DNA of 64,000 nt from contig JAGWBK010000001.1 of NCBI GenBank assembly GCA_021295915.1, positions 139,644 to 203,643 on the forward strand. Reading direction: 5' to 3'. Under the pieces are notes generated by a model. The model was not told where the DNA came from, made no database searches, and saw nothing but the letters and a program-made list of their open reading frames with translations. The stretch comes from Dehalococcoidia bacterium. GTDB taxonomy: Bacteria > Chloroflexota > Dehalococcoidia > Lucifugimonadales > UBA1123. The position numbers and the translations under genes were made by a program. Below are positions 46,657 through 55,282 of the stretch, piece after piece. Every line of letters starts with the position of its first letter. Position 1 is the first letter of the stretch.

Positions 46657-47718
46657 GTGGTCGACACCAGCGAACAGATCAGATTGACGAGCCTTGCCAG
46701 CTGTGCGGGTTGAGCCTCTAAATTCAGCCCAGAGGATCTGGGCCAAATCCTGAGTCAGCTCCCACCCGTCTCGGACGAGAACCTGCTCGTCGGAGTGAAC
46801 ACCGGCGACGATGCCGCTGTGTATCGGATGAGCGACGACACCGCCCTCATCCAGACAGTGGACTTCTTCCCGCCGATAGTGGACGACCCGTACGCATTCG
46901 GCCAGATTGCAGTCGCCAATGCGCTCAGTGACGTCTACGCTATGGGCGGCGAGCCCCTCATCGCATTGAACATAGTTGGATTCCCTGTTGCCCTGCCCAA
47001 GGACATACTTGGGTCGATTCTCATCGGCGGCGCGCACAAGGCACAGGAGGCCGGCGTGCTGATAGTCGGCGGGCACACCGTCGACGATGAAGAGCCCAAA
47101 TACGGCCTATCCGTAACTGGAGTTGTGAAGCCTGGTGACGAGGTCACGAACGCAGGGGCTCGGCCCGGCGACAAGCTTGTTCTCACCAAGCCGATCGGCA
47201 CCGGAATCATAACCACGGCAGGCAAGCAGGGTGTGGCTGGAGAGGACGTGATAGCGTCCGCAGTCGAGATTATGAGCACCCTCAACCGGGATGCTGCCCA
47301 CGCCATGACTTCGGTCGGAGTAAACGGCTGCGTCGACGTGACTGGGTTCGGTCTGCTGGGTCACCTGCGCGGAATGACGCGTGCCAGTGGCGTTTCTGCT
47401 ACTGTCGAGCTCGGCGCAATCTCCTTCATCCCCGGAGCCCAGGCTCTGGCGGAAGAGGGCGTTGCCCCGGGTGGAACTCACCGGAACCTCCAATCGCTCG
47501 AGCCTGACGTAACATGGGACGAATCAGTTACTGATATTCAGAAGCTGCTTCTGGCCGATGCACAGACATCCGGCGGGCTGCTCATCTCAGTCCCTGTCTC
47601 TTCCACGGTCGCGCTCATCGACGCCCTGGAACACCACGGTGTTCAGACGCACGCGGTGATCGGATCGATTGGTGAATCAGGCCAGAACGGTGGTCCTTCG
47701 ATTCACGTGTCTGCCTGA
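46657..47718 (+). CDS. selD: selenide, water dikinase (selenophosphate synthetase), with in-frame TGA = Sec at 46711-46713
   Basis: The GTG at 46657 follows GGGAGGA. Read-through gives MVDTSEQIRLTSLASCAG-U-ASKFSPEDL..., joined in frame to the 46795 ORF (NTGDDAAVY...). The Sec/Cys-Lys N-terminal loop is the known SelD active site. Confidence 0.9.
46727..46743 (+). promoter_or_regulatory. bacterial SECIS-like hairpin
   Basis: Perfect 7-bp stem gcccaga/tctgggc with a GGA loop. It starts 13 nt after the TGA at 46711-46713. Confidence 0.55.
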
Positions 47719-47759
47719 CGAACTGCTCAACAACACTGAATCAGATTGGCTTCTAATTC

Positions 47760-49436
47760 ATGACTACTTCTCTACGCTCAGAGGTGGCGCAGCTTATCAG
47801 TAGCGCACTCGACGCTGCCATCAGCTCAGGGACACTCCCTGAAGTAGACGTTCAGGACCTGTCTATAGAGCGACCGCAAAAGGCGGAGAACGGCGATTTC
47901 TCCTGCAGTCTGGCCATGAAGCTCGCTCGCCCGATGAGGATGAACCCGCGGGCGATTGGGCAGGCAATCGTCGACTCCCTGCCCAACTCCCCCCTCGTGG
48001 GGAGCGCATGGCTTGCAGGCCCTGGATTCGTGAATTTCAGCTTCAACGAAGAATGGCTGAGGTCGCAGGTAGACGTCGTAATCGAGTCCGGCTCCAGTTA
48101 TGGCGACTCTGCCAGCACAAGGGACGTCAAGGTCCAGGTCGAGTTCGTTAGCGTTAATCCAACTGGCCCGGTCCACGTCGGACACGCAAGGGGCGCCGTG
48201 CTGGGCAGCGCACTCGCGAACGTGCTGGCTGCCGCTGGCTACGACGTGCAGCGCGAATACTACGTCAACGATGCAGGCCGCCAGATGGAGCTGTTCTACG
48301 AGACGGCATACGTTCGCTACCTCCAGGCGTGGGACAGAGATGCCGTGATGCCGGAAGAGGGCTACCAGGGCGAGTACATGGTGGACCTTGCGCAGCAGAT
48401 CAGGTCAGACCACGACGACGAATACCTGGGTATGAGCAGGGATGGCGCCATAGCGGCAATAGGAGAGGTTGGTCTGGAAGCGATGGTCGCCTCGATACGA
48501 GAGTCCCTTCAAAGAATCGGCGTGTCATACGACAACTGGTTCAGGGAGCGGGACCTGTACACGCGGGGCGACTACGAACGGGTCATGGACCTGATCGGGC
48601 AGCGCGGATACAGGACCTCGGCAGACGGCGCCGAATGGTTCGCCGCAACCAAGCTGGGCCAGGAGAAGGATGCTGTCCTGATACGGTCGAACGGAGACCC
48701 CACGTACTTCGCTTCAGACGTCGCGTACCACTACGACAAGTTCGTCGGGCGCAAGTTCGACCGGGTCATCAATATCTGGGGGGCAGACCACCAGGGACAC
48801 GTCACCAGGATGAAGGCTGCCGTTTCGGCGATGGACGTCGACCCCGACCGCCTCACCCTGATGATCTACCAGATGGTCACCTTCAAGCAGGGCGAAGAGC
48901 TGGTCCGGCTGTCCAAGCGATCCGGGGACATCATCACGGTCGACGACCTCGTGGACCAGGTCGGCGCCGATGCGTGCAGGTTCTTCTTCCTGTCGAGGGC
49001 CGCCGAGACGCAGATGGAGTTCGACCTCGAGCTGGCTACCCGACAGTCGTCGGACAACCCGGTCTACTACGTCCAGTATGCTCACGCCCGCATCGCTGGG
49101 ATCATCGCCAACGCTCAGGAACGGGGCATAGACCTCGACGGCGGCGATCTGTCGCTTCTGACCGACGACGCAGAGCTCGACCTCATCCGTAAGATCGTGC
49201 AGCTCCCGGAGCTGGTCGAGTTGATGGCTAACAGCCTTGCCGTCCACCACCTGCCCCACTTCGCACAGGAACTGGCCACGGTGTTCCACTGGTTCTACCA
49301 GCAGTGCCGGGTCATCTCGACCGTAGAGGGAGAAGAGGAGCTCACACGGGCCCGTCTCCGTCTATGCCAGGCTGCCAGGGTGGCCCTAGCGAAGTGCCTC
49401 GACCTCATGGGTGTGACCGCGCCAGATAAGATGTGA
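47760..49436 (+). CDS. argS: arginine--tRNA ligase
   Basis: 558 aa with the HIGH-type motif NPTGPVHVGHARG and a typical C-terminal anticodon-binding domain ending in M. Confidence 0.95.
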   Translation: MTTSLRSEVAQLISSALDAAISSGTLPEVDVQDLSIERPQKAENGDFSCSLAMKLARPMRMNPRAIGQAIVDSLPNSPLVGSAWLAGPGFVNFSFNEEWLRSQVDVVIESGSSYGDSASTRDVKVQVEFVSVNPTGPVHVGHARGAVLGSALANVLAAAGYDVQREYYVNDAGRQMELFYETAYVRYLQAWDRDAVMPEEGYQGEYMVDLAQQIRSDHDDEYLGMSRDGAIAAIGEVGLEAMVASIRESLQRIGVSYDNWFRERDLYTRGDYERVMDLIGQRGYRTSADGAEWFAATKLGQEKDAVLIRSNGDPTYFASDVAYHYDKFVGRKFDRVINIWGADHQGHVTRMKAAVSAMDVDPDRLTLMIYQMVTFKQGEELVRLSKRSGDIITVDDLVDQVGADACRFFFLSRAAETQMEFDLELATRQSSDNPVYYVQYAHARIAGIIANAQERGIDLDGGDLSLLTDDAELDLIRKIVQLPELVELMANSLAVHHLPHFAQELATVFHWFYQQCRVISTVEGEEELTRARLRLCQAARVALAKCLDLMGVTAPDKM

Positions 49437-49460
49437 GACGTTTCAGGTCGCAGCGCCTAA

Positions 49461-49976
49461 TCAGGAGCCGAGGCCGCCGTTTCTAAGGTATCGCTGCGTC
49501 TTCAGGACGTAAACGCCGCTGAAGTAGTCTCCAAGCTCCAGGTGTCTGTCCTGCACTTCTCCCCTGACTCGTCCGGGGACTCCCACGACAATTGACCTCT
49601 CCGGCACCTGCATATCGTCAAGAACCACAGCACCCGAAGCAATGACGCACTCGTCTCCGATCGAAACGCCATCGTTAACGACTGACCCGTTGCCCAGGAG
49701 CGTTCGTGAACCAACGTTCCTGGCATGGCAAACTACCCTGTGACCGATCACAACGTAGTCGCCAATGGTCGCATCGGTGTCGCAGTGGACTACAGAGTTG
49801 TCCTGGACACAGGTGTACTTTCCGATGGTGATGCGTCCCATGTCGCCGCGAACAACGGAACCGGGCCAAACACTGGAGCCCTCACCTATGACAACGTTGC
49901 CAATTACATAGGCCGCCTCGCTCACGAAGGCAGTCGGGTGAATTTTAGGGGATATCCCGTCAAGAGACCTGATCAC
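49461..49976 (-). CDS. gamma-carbonic anhydrase family / hexapeptide-repeat protein
   Basis: 171 aa with a left-handed beta-helix hexapeptide pattern and a PaaY/YrdA-like N-terminus. Confidence 0.85.
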   Translation of the reverse strand: MIRSLDGISPKIHPTAFVSEAAYVIGNVVIGEGSSVWPGSVVRGDMGRITIGKYTCVQDNSVVHCDTDATIGDYVVIGHRVVCHARNVGSRTLLGNGSVVNDGVSIGDECVIASGAVVLDDMQVPERSIVVGVPGRVRGEVQDRHLELGDYFSGVYVLKTQRYLRNGGLGS

Positions 49977-50163
49977 ATTACCTCCTTTTGCCGGCCGGTT
50001 GCCGGGCCCGATTACTGTATTTCATCGCCCTCTCGATTGGAACTCCCAACCCTGGCGCCTGTGGAGCGTTCTACAGAATAAGCGGCCCGACGGATGTCGG
50101 GCCTCAGACACGGGCTATGCTATTCTGTTATCGCAATATCGCAAATTTCTACAGGCTGGATTC

Positions 50164-50730
50164 ATGCTAAAACTCGGGTTAACCGTCTTTCTCCTGGTGG
50201 CGTTCATCTTCGCGATCAGCTGCAGTTCTCCACCCCTTGAGCCGACTCCCACTCCAGAACCAACACCCACACCCCAACCGACGCCCACCCCGGAGCCGAC
50301 TGCGACCCCAGAGCCGACGCCCACGCCGACTCCGGAGGTAGACCCCACAGCCACTCCCCAGATTGCGGCGCTGTTCGAGTACATGCGTGCGGTAAGGCTA
50401 CTTCAGGTGCAGGAGTTCGACGACGCGGTCACGGCGTTCGACCTGGTCATCAGGAAGCTGCCCGACTTTGGTCGCGCATACTATGGCAGGGGCAAGGCCT
50501 TCTACGGGGATGAGCGCCCTGAGCTGGCACTGGAGGACTTCGAGACCTCGATTAGATTGGAGCCAGACCATCCAGGAGCGTATATAGAAAGAGCGAGGCT
50601 CTACCTCGACAGGGAACAGCGCGAAGACGCCATCGAAGACCTGAGGAAGGCGCTCGAAGTGGCCAATCCGATCAGGGACTGGCAGCATATTACAGAGGCG
50701 GAGCAGATCATCGCCGACCTAGGCGGCTGA
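50164..50730 (+). CDS. TPR lipoprotein with a Pro/Thr-rich linker
   Basis: I trimmed the start to ATG 50164 (MLKLGLTVFLLVAFIFAISCSS lipobox). A 35-aa (E/Q)PTPTP linker is followed by three TPR units. Confidence 0.7.
   Translation: MLKLGLTVFLLVAFIFAISCSSPPLEPTPTPEPTPTPQPTPTPEPTATPEPTPTPTPEVDPTATPQIAALFEYMRAVRLLQVQEFDDAVTAFDLVIRKLPDFGRAYYGRGKAFYGDERPELALEDFETSIRLEPDHPGAYIERARLYLDREQREDAIEDLRKALEVANPIRDWQHITEAEQIIADLGG
50239..50337 (+). repeat. imperfect tandem repeat encoding the (E/Q)PTPTP linker
   Basis: Reiterated gagccgac / cccac / ccgac units lie inside the lipoprotein gene. This is a coding low-complexity repeat. Confidence 0.5.
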
Positions 50731-51960
50731 CACTCCTGAGCCAGGCCACGACTTCGATCTGGCCAGCGCATGTAGCCCAAAGTGCTGGCTAGCCGTCTTT
50801 AGGCGGACGTCCAGCCCCAGGACGGAGCTCACGCCCCTGGTTACGGCGTCTTGAGGGGGAGAAGGCATCTCGCTGAACGCCTTTTCCATCCTCTGCTGCT
50901 CACCTGCGTTGTGGGGAGGAGAGAAAGCGTGGAGAGCAGGCACCACTACGTTTGCCACCACGGTGACCGCAAAACCTCGGCCAATGTACGGCCGGTTCTC
51001 CACCTCAAGAATCAGGCCACGCACCCCCTCACGTTCGAACACGGCCTTGAGAGCGCTGACGAGCCCTGCCCCGGTGCTTCGCGCTATCAGGGGCGCAATT
51101 CCCCTCAATCGGGAGGAAGGAGCGTTAGTCGGCCTCACCCGGAACCGGTTCCAGGAACTGGGACTTAAGCAGCTCCTGACACCCATTTGGCGAGCTAACC
51201 TGCGCACCTGAACCTGTTTAAGCTGGTCCAAGTCCGTTACCAGGCCTCCGCCCACTGCTAACCCCGAAAAGACGGCGAACTCCGCGGTAGAGACCGGCTC
51301 TGCAGACAGGCTCGAGAACGTAGCATACGGGACACCTCTGGCAAGAGCTCGAAACGGCTTCCGGTTGCGCGCGTAGCCCATAGCGTCCATGAGAGCCTCG
51401 TACAATACCTGGTCTGAGTTCGACTCCGATTCCAGCTCAAGCCTGAACCCCGCGCTCTTGGCCAGGAACCGTCTGAGTCCAAGCTCCTCGAGGTCTGGCG
51501 ACTCTCCTGCAGGCATCGGGGCCACACGGGTGTCGCTGTCCAGCTCAAATCTCGCCTCTGCCGTCGGCGGGGCTGGAGCGCCGCCACGGACGGGTCGAGC
51601 CTTCAGGACTACCTGTAGGACAACTCCCCTATACCTGGAGTCCCTATGGTGCCCATGACCCCTCCAGCCGCTGGAGTCGAGGTGGAGTTCAACATCGCCG
51701 CCGATGGTACTTCCCTCGCGCCTCAATACCGCGCCTTTGAAGTCGGGGCCCGCTCCCTGGTTCCGTACACCTGGAAAGAGGACCTCGTAGGTCTCCCCAT
51801 CGCGCCCTGTGAGCTGCGGCCTGAGCTCCAGCGAGCGCTCCCACAGGTCGGAGAACGCCTTTTCTGAGGTGATTGATGGTTCGCAGTCGGCTGCGTAGGG
51901 ACGTTTGCGCTCGGCGACGCACTTGCCGCGCAGTAGGACGCCTGAGACCACTGGAGTCAC
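50719..51960 (-). CDS. DUF2851 family protein
   Basis: 413 aa. The motif GAGPDFKGAVLRREGSTIGGDVELHLDSSGWRGHGHHRDSRYRGVVLQVV matches my memory of the DUF2851 core. The start codon is uncertain. Confidence 0.65.
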   Translation of the reverse strand: MTPVVSGVLLRGKCVAERKRPYAADCEPSITSEKAFSDLWERSLELRPQLTGRDGETYEVLFPGVRNQGAGPDFKGAVLRREGSTIGGDVELHLDSSGWRGHGHHRDSRYRGVVLQVVLKARPVRGGAPAPPTAEARFELDSDTRVAPMPAGESPDLEELGLRRFLAKSAGFRLELESESNSDQVLYEALMDAMGYARNRKPFRALARGVPYATFSSLSAEPVSTAEFAVFSGLAVGGGLVTDLDQLKQVQVRRLARQMGVRSCLSPSSWNRFRVRPTNAPSSRLRGIAPLIARSTGAGLVSALKAVFEREGVRGLILEVENRPYIGRGFAVTVVANVVVPALHAFSPPHNAGEQQRMEKAFSEMPSPPQDAVTRGVSSVLGLDVRLKTASQHFGLHALARSKSWPGSGVSAA

Positions 51961-53414
51961 ACCACCGGCCAGCGAGGGCCGAAATCGACCCCTGCCCGCT
52001 TCATCATGTCAGCGCCGAAGCCCTGGACTTCCTGGATCAGTTCCCATTCGTCAACGAAGGTAGGCACATGGTCGCGGACGACGAGTCGGCCGTCCACTAT
52101 CACCGTGTGGACACTACGACCATCGGCCGAATAGACGAGATTGTTGATGGGATTGAACAGCGTGCGCCATTCAGGCCGCCTCGTATCGAACAGGACGAGG
52201 TCTGCCCTCTTCCCCGCCTCGATCGACCCGATCATGTCGTCCATACCCAGCGCTTTTGCTCCCGTAATCGTGGCCAGTTCAACTGCAGTCTCGGCGGGAA
52301 TGACGGTCACGTCCTCCCTGCCGTCCTTGTAGAGGATCGCGGCCAGGTACATCGACCTCATCGTTTCAACCAGGTTCGAGTTGTTGGCAGCATCAGTTCC
52401 AAGGCCGACGGCCACTCCTGCGTCCACCAGTTCCGGGAGCAGAGCCGTCCTTGTCATCCCGGAGCCGCCCTTGGCCGCTGCCGTCGGACACATCGCTACT
52501 GTAGCGCCCGACCTTGCGATGATGCCCACGTCGTCCCTGGTTATGCCGAGTGCGTGAGCCAGGAGCATGTCTTCATCCAGGATACCGATCTGGTCAAGGA
52601 ACGCTGTCGGCGTTCTGCCGGTCCGGTCGAGCCAGCCGCTGCGTGAAGAGGTCGTATAGCTGTGGTGCAGCGTCGATCGCGTACCCAGGTCACGGGCGAT
52701 CTGCGCCGTACCTGCGAGAAGTTCAGCCGAGGCGAAGTCCGGCGAGAACGGCATTGCCCACGCGCTAACCATCCCATCGAGTTCGCCGTCGAACCTGCCA
52801 ATCGTCTCCCGGGTGATCTCCAGGGCCTCTGCAGTCTCGTAGACCGGCACGTTGAGCGGGTTTTCCCTGTCCGTGACCTGGGTGCCAGTCACGATTCGGC
52901 ATCCTGACTGCTTGTACGCGTCGAGGCATGACTCAATGTACTTAGTAGACCCTGGATCGACGAAGGTGGTAGTACCATACTTCAGCAGTTCAGTGATTCC
53001 GAGAAGCGAAGTCAGTCGCTCTTCGTCAGGTGTCATCACCCCCTGGAGGGCGAACACGTTCGGCAGATAGGCAGGCCCCAGGTCATCGGGAAAGATTCCC
53101 CGGGTGGCGTGAGCGTAGCTTATGTGCATGTGCCCGCTGATAAAACCAGGGGTCACTACGAAGTGGCGTCCATCGATGGTCTCGTCTGCCTGAATAACGT
53201 GAAGTTCACTGGTCTTTCCGACCGCGGTTATCGTGTTCCCGGTGATGACTATCGTAGCGCCGGTCATGATGCGCCGATCGTCGTCCATGGTCAGGACGAA
53301 GTCGCAGTTGTCGATCTTCAGGGTCGCTGTTTCAGTACCTGACGTTACCAAGAGTGTTATCTCCAATGAGCCGGGACTATTGGCCCGTCGAAGCCCAGTT
53401 TCGACGCTATCCAC
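51957..53414 (-). CDS. amidohydrolase (chlorohydrolase / nucleoside or aminotriazine deaminase-like subgroup)
   Basis: 485 aa with the metal-binding motif PGFISGHMHIS. The annotated start overlaps the upstream gene by 58 nt, so the true start may be later. Confidence 0.85.
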   Translation of the reverse strand: MDSVETGLRRANSPGSLEITLLVTSGTETATLKIDNCDFVLTMDDDRRIMTGATIVITGNTITAVGKTSELHVIQADETIDGRHFVVTPGFISGHMHISYAHATRGIFPDDLGPAYLPNVFALQGVMTPDEERLTSLLGITELLKYGTTTFVDPGSTKYIESCLDAYKQSGCRIVTGTQVTDRENPLNVPVYETAEALEITRETIGRFDGELDGMVSAWAMPFSPDFASAELLAGTAQIARDLGTRSTLHHSYTTSSRSGWLDRTGRTPTAFLDQIGILDEDMLLAHALGITRDDVGIIARSGATVAMCPTAAAKGGSGMTRTALLPELVDAGVAVGLGTDAANNSNLVETMRSMYLAAILYKDGREDVTVIPAETAVELATITGAKALGMDDMIGSIEAGKRADLVLFDTRRPEWRTLFNPINNLVYSADGRSVHTVIVDGRLVVRDHVPTFVDEWELIQEVQGFGADMMKRAGVDFGPRWPVV

Positions 53415-54271
53415 TGTTCCTGGTGCAGGCCGTCCTTGTAGCTGGACTGCTGGGAGGCATAGATATCCGCGCCGCCGGGGATCGACGAGGCGAGATCTCC
53501 CAGCGCCTCCGGTCCAAGCGAGGAGCCTGCCGGTCCGGCCATGAACAGCGCGTTGGCATTCACCAGTGGCGCAAAACTCCGCAGGTCGAAGTACGACAGC
53601 GTCTGGGCCACCTGTTCATTGCGGGATGGATGAAGGCGCAGGTAGTCGTTGATCTCCTCCAGGGGGTACGACTCGGTTCGCGTCGCCGATGCCAGAGTCT
53701 CGAAGAACAGCGCCGGTGCACTGACCACGTGGGATGCTTTTCCGACTAGAGCAACTGCCTGCAAGGCGACATCGTTACCGATGACGACGATCGGCGATGA
53801 GTCTACCTCGGGAACAGTGCTAACGAATTCCAGACCACGTATCGAGTCGGCAACAATCCCCCTGAAGACGTAGCTGTCCTTCGAGTCAATGTTCACTGTG
53901 AGAAGGCCAGGAAACATGGCAGCGAATGGCTGGTCGGAGTTCCGCTGCCCACGCCCTGCGAGCGAGAAAGTCACGAACCTGCTCCTAACGTCGTTTTCCG
54001 TGCCCTGAGGGATGACCTCCAGCACGCTGCCGTACTTCGGAGTCCAGTATAATGCGGGAAAAGGCCCCCGACCCTTGGGAATGCTGAGATAGCCGTACAG
54101 CCTGTAGGGGCCTATGCTGCTCAGTCGCACCCCGTACAGAGTGGCAAAGTCCGTCTTCCTGATGGGAATCGCTTCGATCTCCGGACTCGCTGGAGTCGAG
54201 GCCAACTCCTCAGAAACAGCCGCCCAGTAGTCATTGAAGTCTACTGGCCTGGAAACGGTCAGTTTAGTCAT
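53357..54271 (-). CDS. CE7 acetyl xylan esterase-like protein lacking the GxSxG nucleophile
   Basis: I trimmed the start to ATG 54271, giving an 8-nt overlap with the upstream paralogue. It is colinear with the upstream CE7 gene, but VIGNDVALQAV replaces GSSQGG. Confidence 0.7.
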   Translation of the reverse strand: MTKLTVSRPVDFNDYWAAVSEELASTPASPEIEAIPIRKTDFATLYGVRLSSIGPYRLYGYLSIPKGRGPFPALYWTPKYGSVLEVIPQGTENDVRSRFVTFSLAGRGQRNSDQPFAAMFPGLLTVNIDSKDSYVFRGIVADSIRGLEFVSTVPEVDSSPIVVIGNDVALQAVALVGKASHVVSAPALFFETLASATRTESYPLEEINDYLRLHPSRNEQVAQTLSYFDLRSFAPLVNANALFMAGPAGSSLGPEALGDLASSIPGGADIYASQQSSYKDGLHQEQWIASKLGFDGPIVPAHWR

Positions 54272-55259
54272 GTGACGCCTCCCCTTTGAGGTGGCGGTCA
54301 AAGAACGACGCGATGATTGGGTCGTGCTCGTACCTTCCGGCACTGTGACCTTGCCCGTCGTATGCGTACAGGCGCTTATCCTCACTCGCTATTCGGTGGT
54401 AGAGAGCGTATCCGGTCTCAGGCGGGCAAACGTTGTCCTGGAGACCGATGTTCACGATGATTGGGCAGTCTATCCGGTCGGCAAAGTTTATGCAGTCGAA
54501 GTAGCTTACCGTCTCTTCTACCAGCTCTCTGCTCTCGGGGTGCAGCCTCAGGTAGTCGTTGATCTCCTCGTAGGGGTAGGTGTGTGTAAGCTCGATCGAG
54601 TCCATGAACCCCGTGAGGTATGGACACCCGGCAGCCGCGGCGACTACCTCCTTGCGCATAGCCGCAGTGCACAGGGTCAGGCCGCCGCCCTGGCTGCTGC
54701 CTGTGACACCAATGCTGGCGCTATCCACCTCGTCCCTCGACAGCAGGACGTCCACCGCCCTCCAGGCATCCACGTAGAATCCCCTGTAGGAGTAGATGTT
54801 GCGGTCCGTGATGCCGTAGGTCAACAGTCCCGGATAGCCTGGATTGAACTGGGAATTGGACCGCAGCTTTCCCCTGGGCGCCACCGCCAGGGCCGCGTAG
54901 CCCCTCCTCGCCCACTCCTTAGGTATCCCGGGGTCGCTCTGGTAGCCGGGTACTACAAGCACCGCGGGCAGTGGCCTTTCGCGATCCCTCGGCAGGCAGT
55001 ACCATCCTGCGATGCGAACGCCATCGATACTTGTGTGATAGGTCTGGAAGACCTCTATCTCGTCCGAAGTCCGCAGGGGGTCCAGCACGACTTCAGGTTC
55101 AAGGTCCAGCCTTTCAACCTGAGAGACCACGTCAGCCCAGAATTCGTCGAAGTCGTCGGGCTTGCGGGCCTTGGTCTGGTAGTTGGGGTCGACGAAATAC
55201 GCCACTGTTCCCTCCTCGACAGTCGGAGCGATTGTATGAACGGCTCCCCAGTGTGTCAA
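54264..55259 (-). CDS. acetyl xylan esterase / cephalosporin-C deacetylase (CE7 family)
   Basis: 331 aa with the nucleophile motif GVTGSSQGG and the typical DxFW N-terminal region (DDFDEFWADV). Confidence 0.85.
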   Translation of the reverse strand: MTHWGAVHTIAPTVEEGTVAYFVDPNYQTKARKPDDFDEFWADVVSQVERLDLEPEVVLDPLRTSDEIEVFQTYHTSIDGVRIAGWYCLPRDRERPLPAVLVVPGYQSDPGIPKEWARRGYAALAVAPRGKLRSNSQFNPGYPGLLTYGITDRNIYSYRGFYVDAWRAVDVLLSRDEVDSASIGVTGSSQGGGLTLCTAAMRKEVVAAAAGCPYLTGFMDSIELTHTYPYEEINDYLRLHPESRELVEETVSYFDCINFADRIDCPIIVNIGLQDNVCPPETGYALYHRIASEDKRLYAYDGQGHSAGRYEHDPIIASFFDRHLKGEASHD

Positions 55260-55282
55260 TCTGATGGTCGAGTCAGGAACTA

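Noticed and set aside
46615-47076. 153-aa minus-strand ORF covering the gap upstream of the called selD ORF.
   Set aside because: It is antisense to a SelD N-terminus that reads perfectly once the TGA is decoded as Sec. The ORF has no recognisable motifs, so I treat it as a shadow ORF.
48329-49192. 287-aa Arg/Gly/Pro-rich ORF inside argS.
   Set aside because: It is an alternative-frame artefact typical of GC-rich coding DNA. The argS frame has all the class I synthetase motifs.
50239-50337. Short tandem repeats that could suggest a CRISPR array or VNTR.
   Set aside because: The units are 6-15 nt, imperfect and in frame. They encode a (E/Q)PTPTP linker inside a lipoprotein. No spacer-repeat architecture is present.
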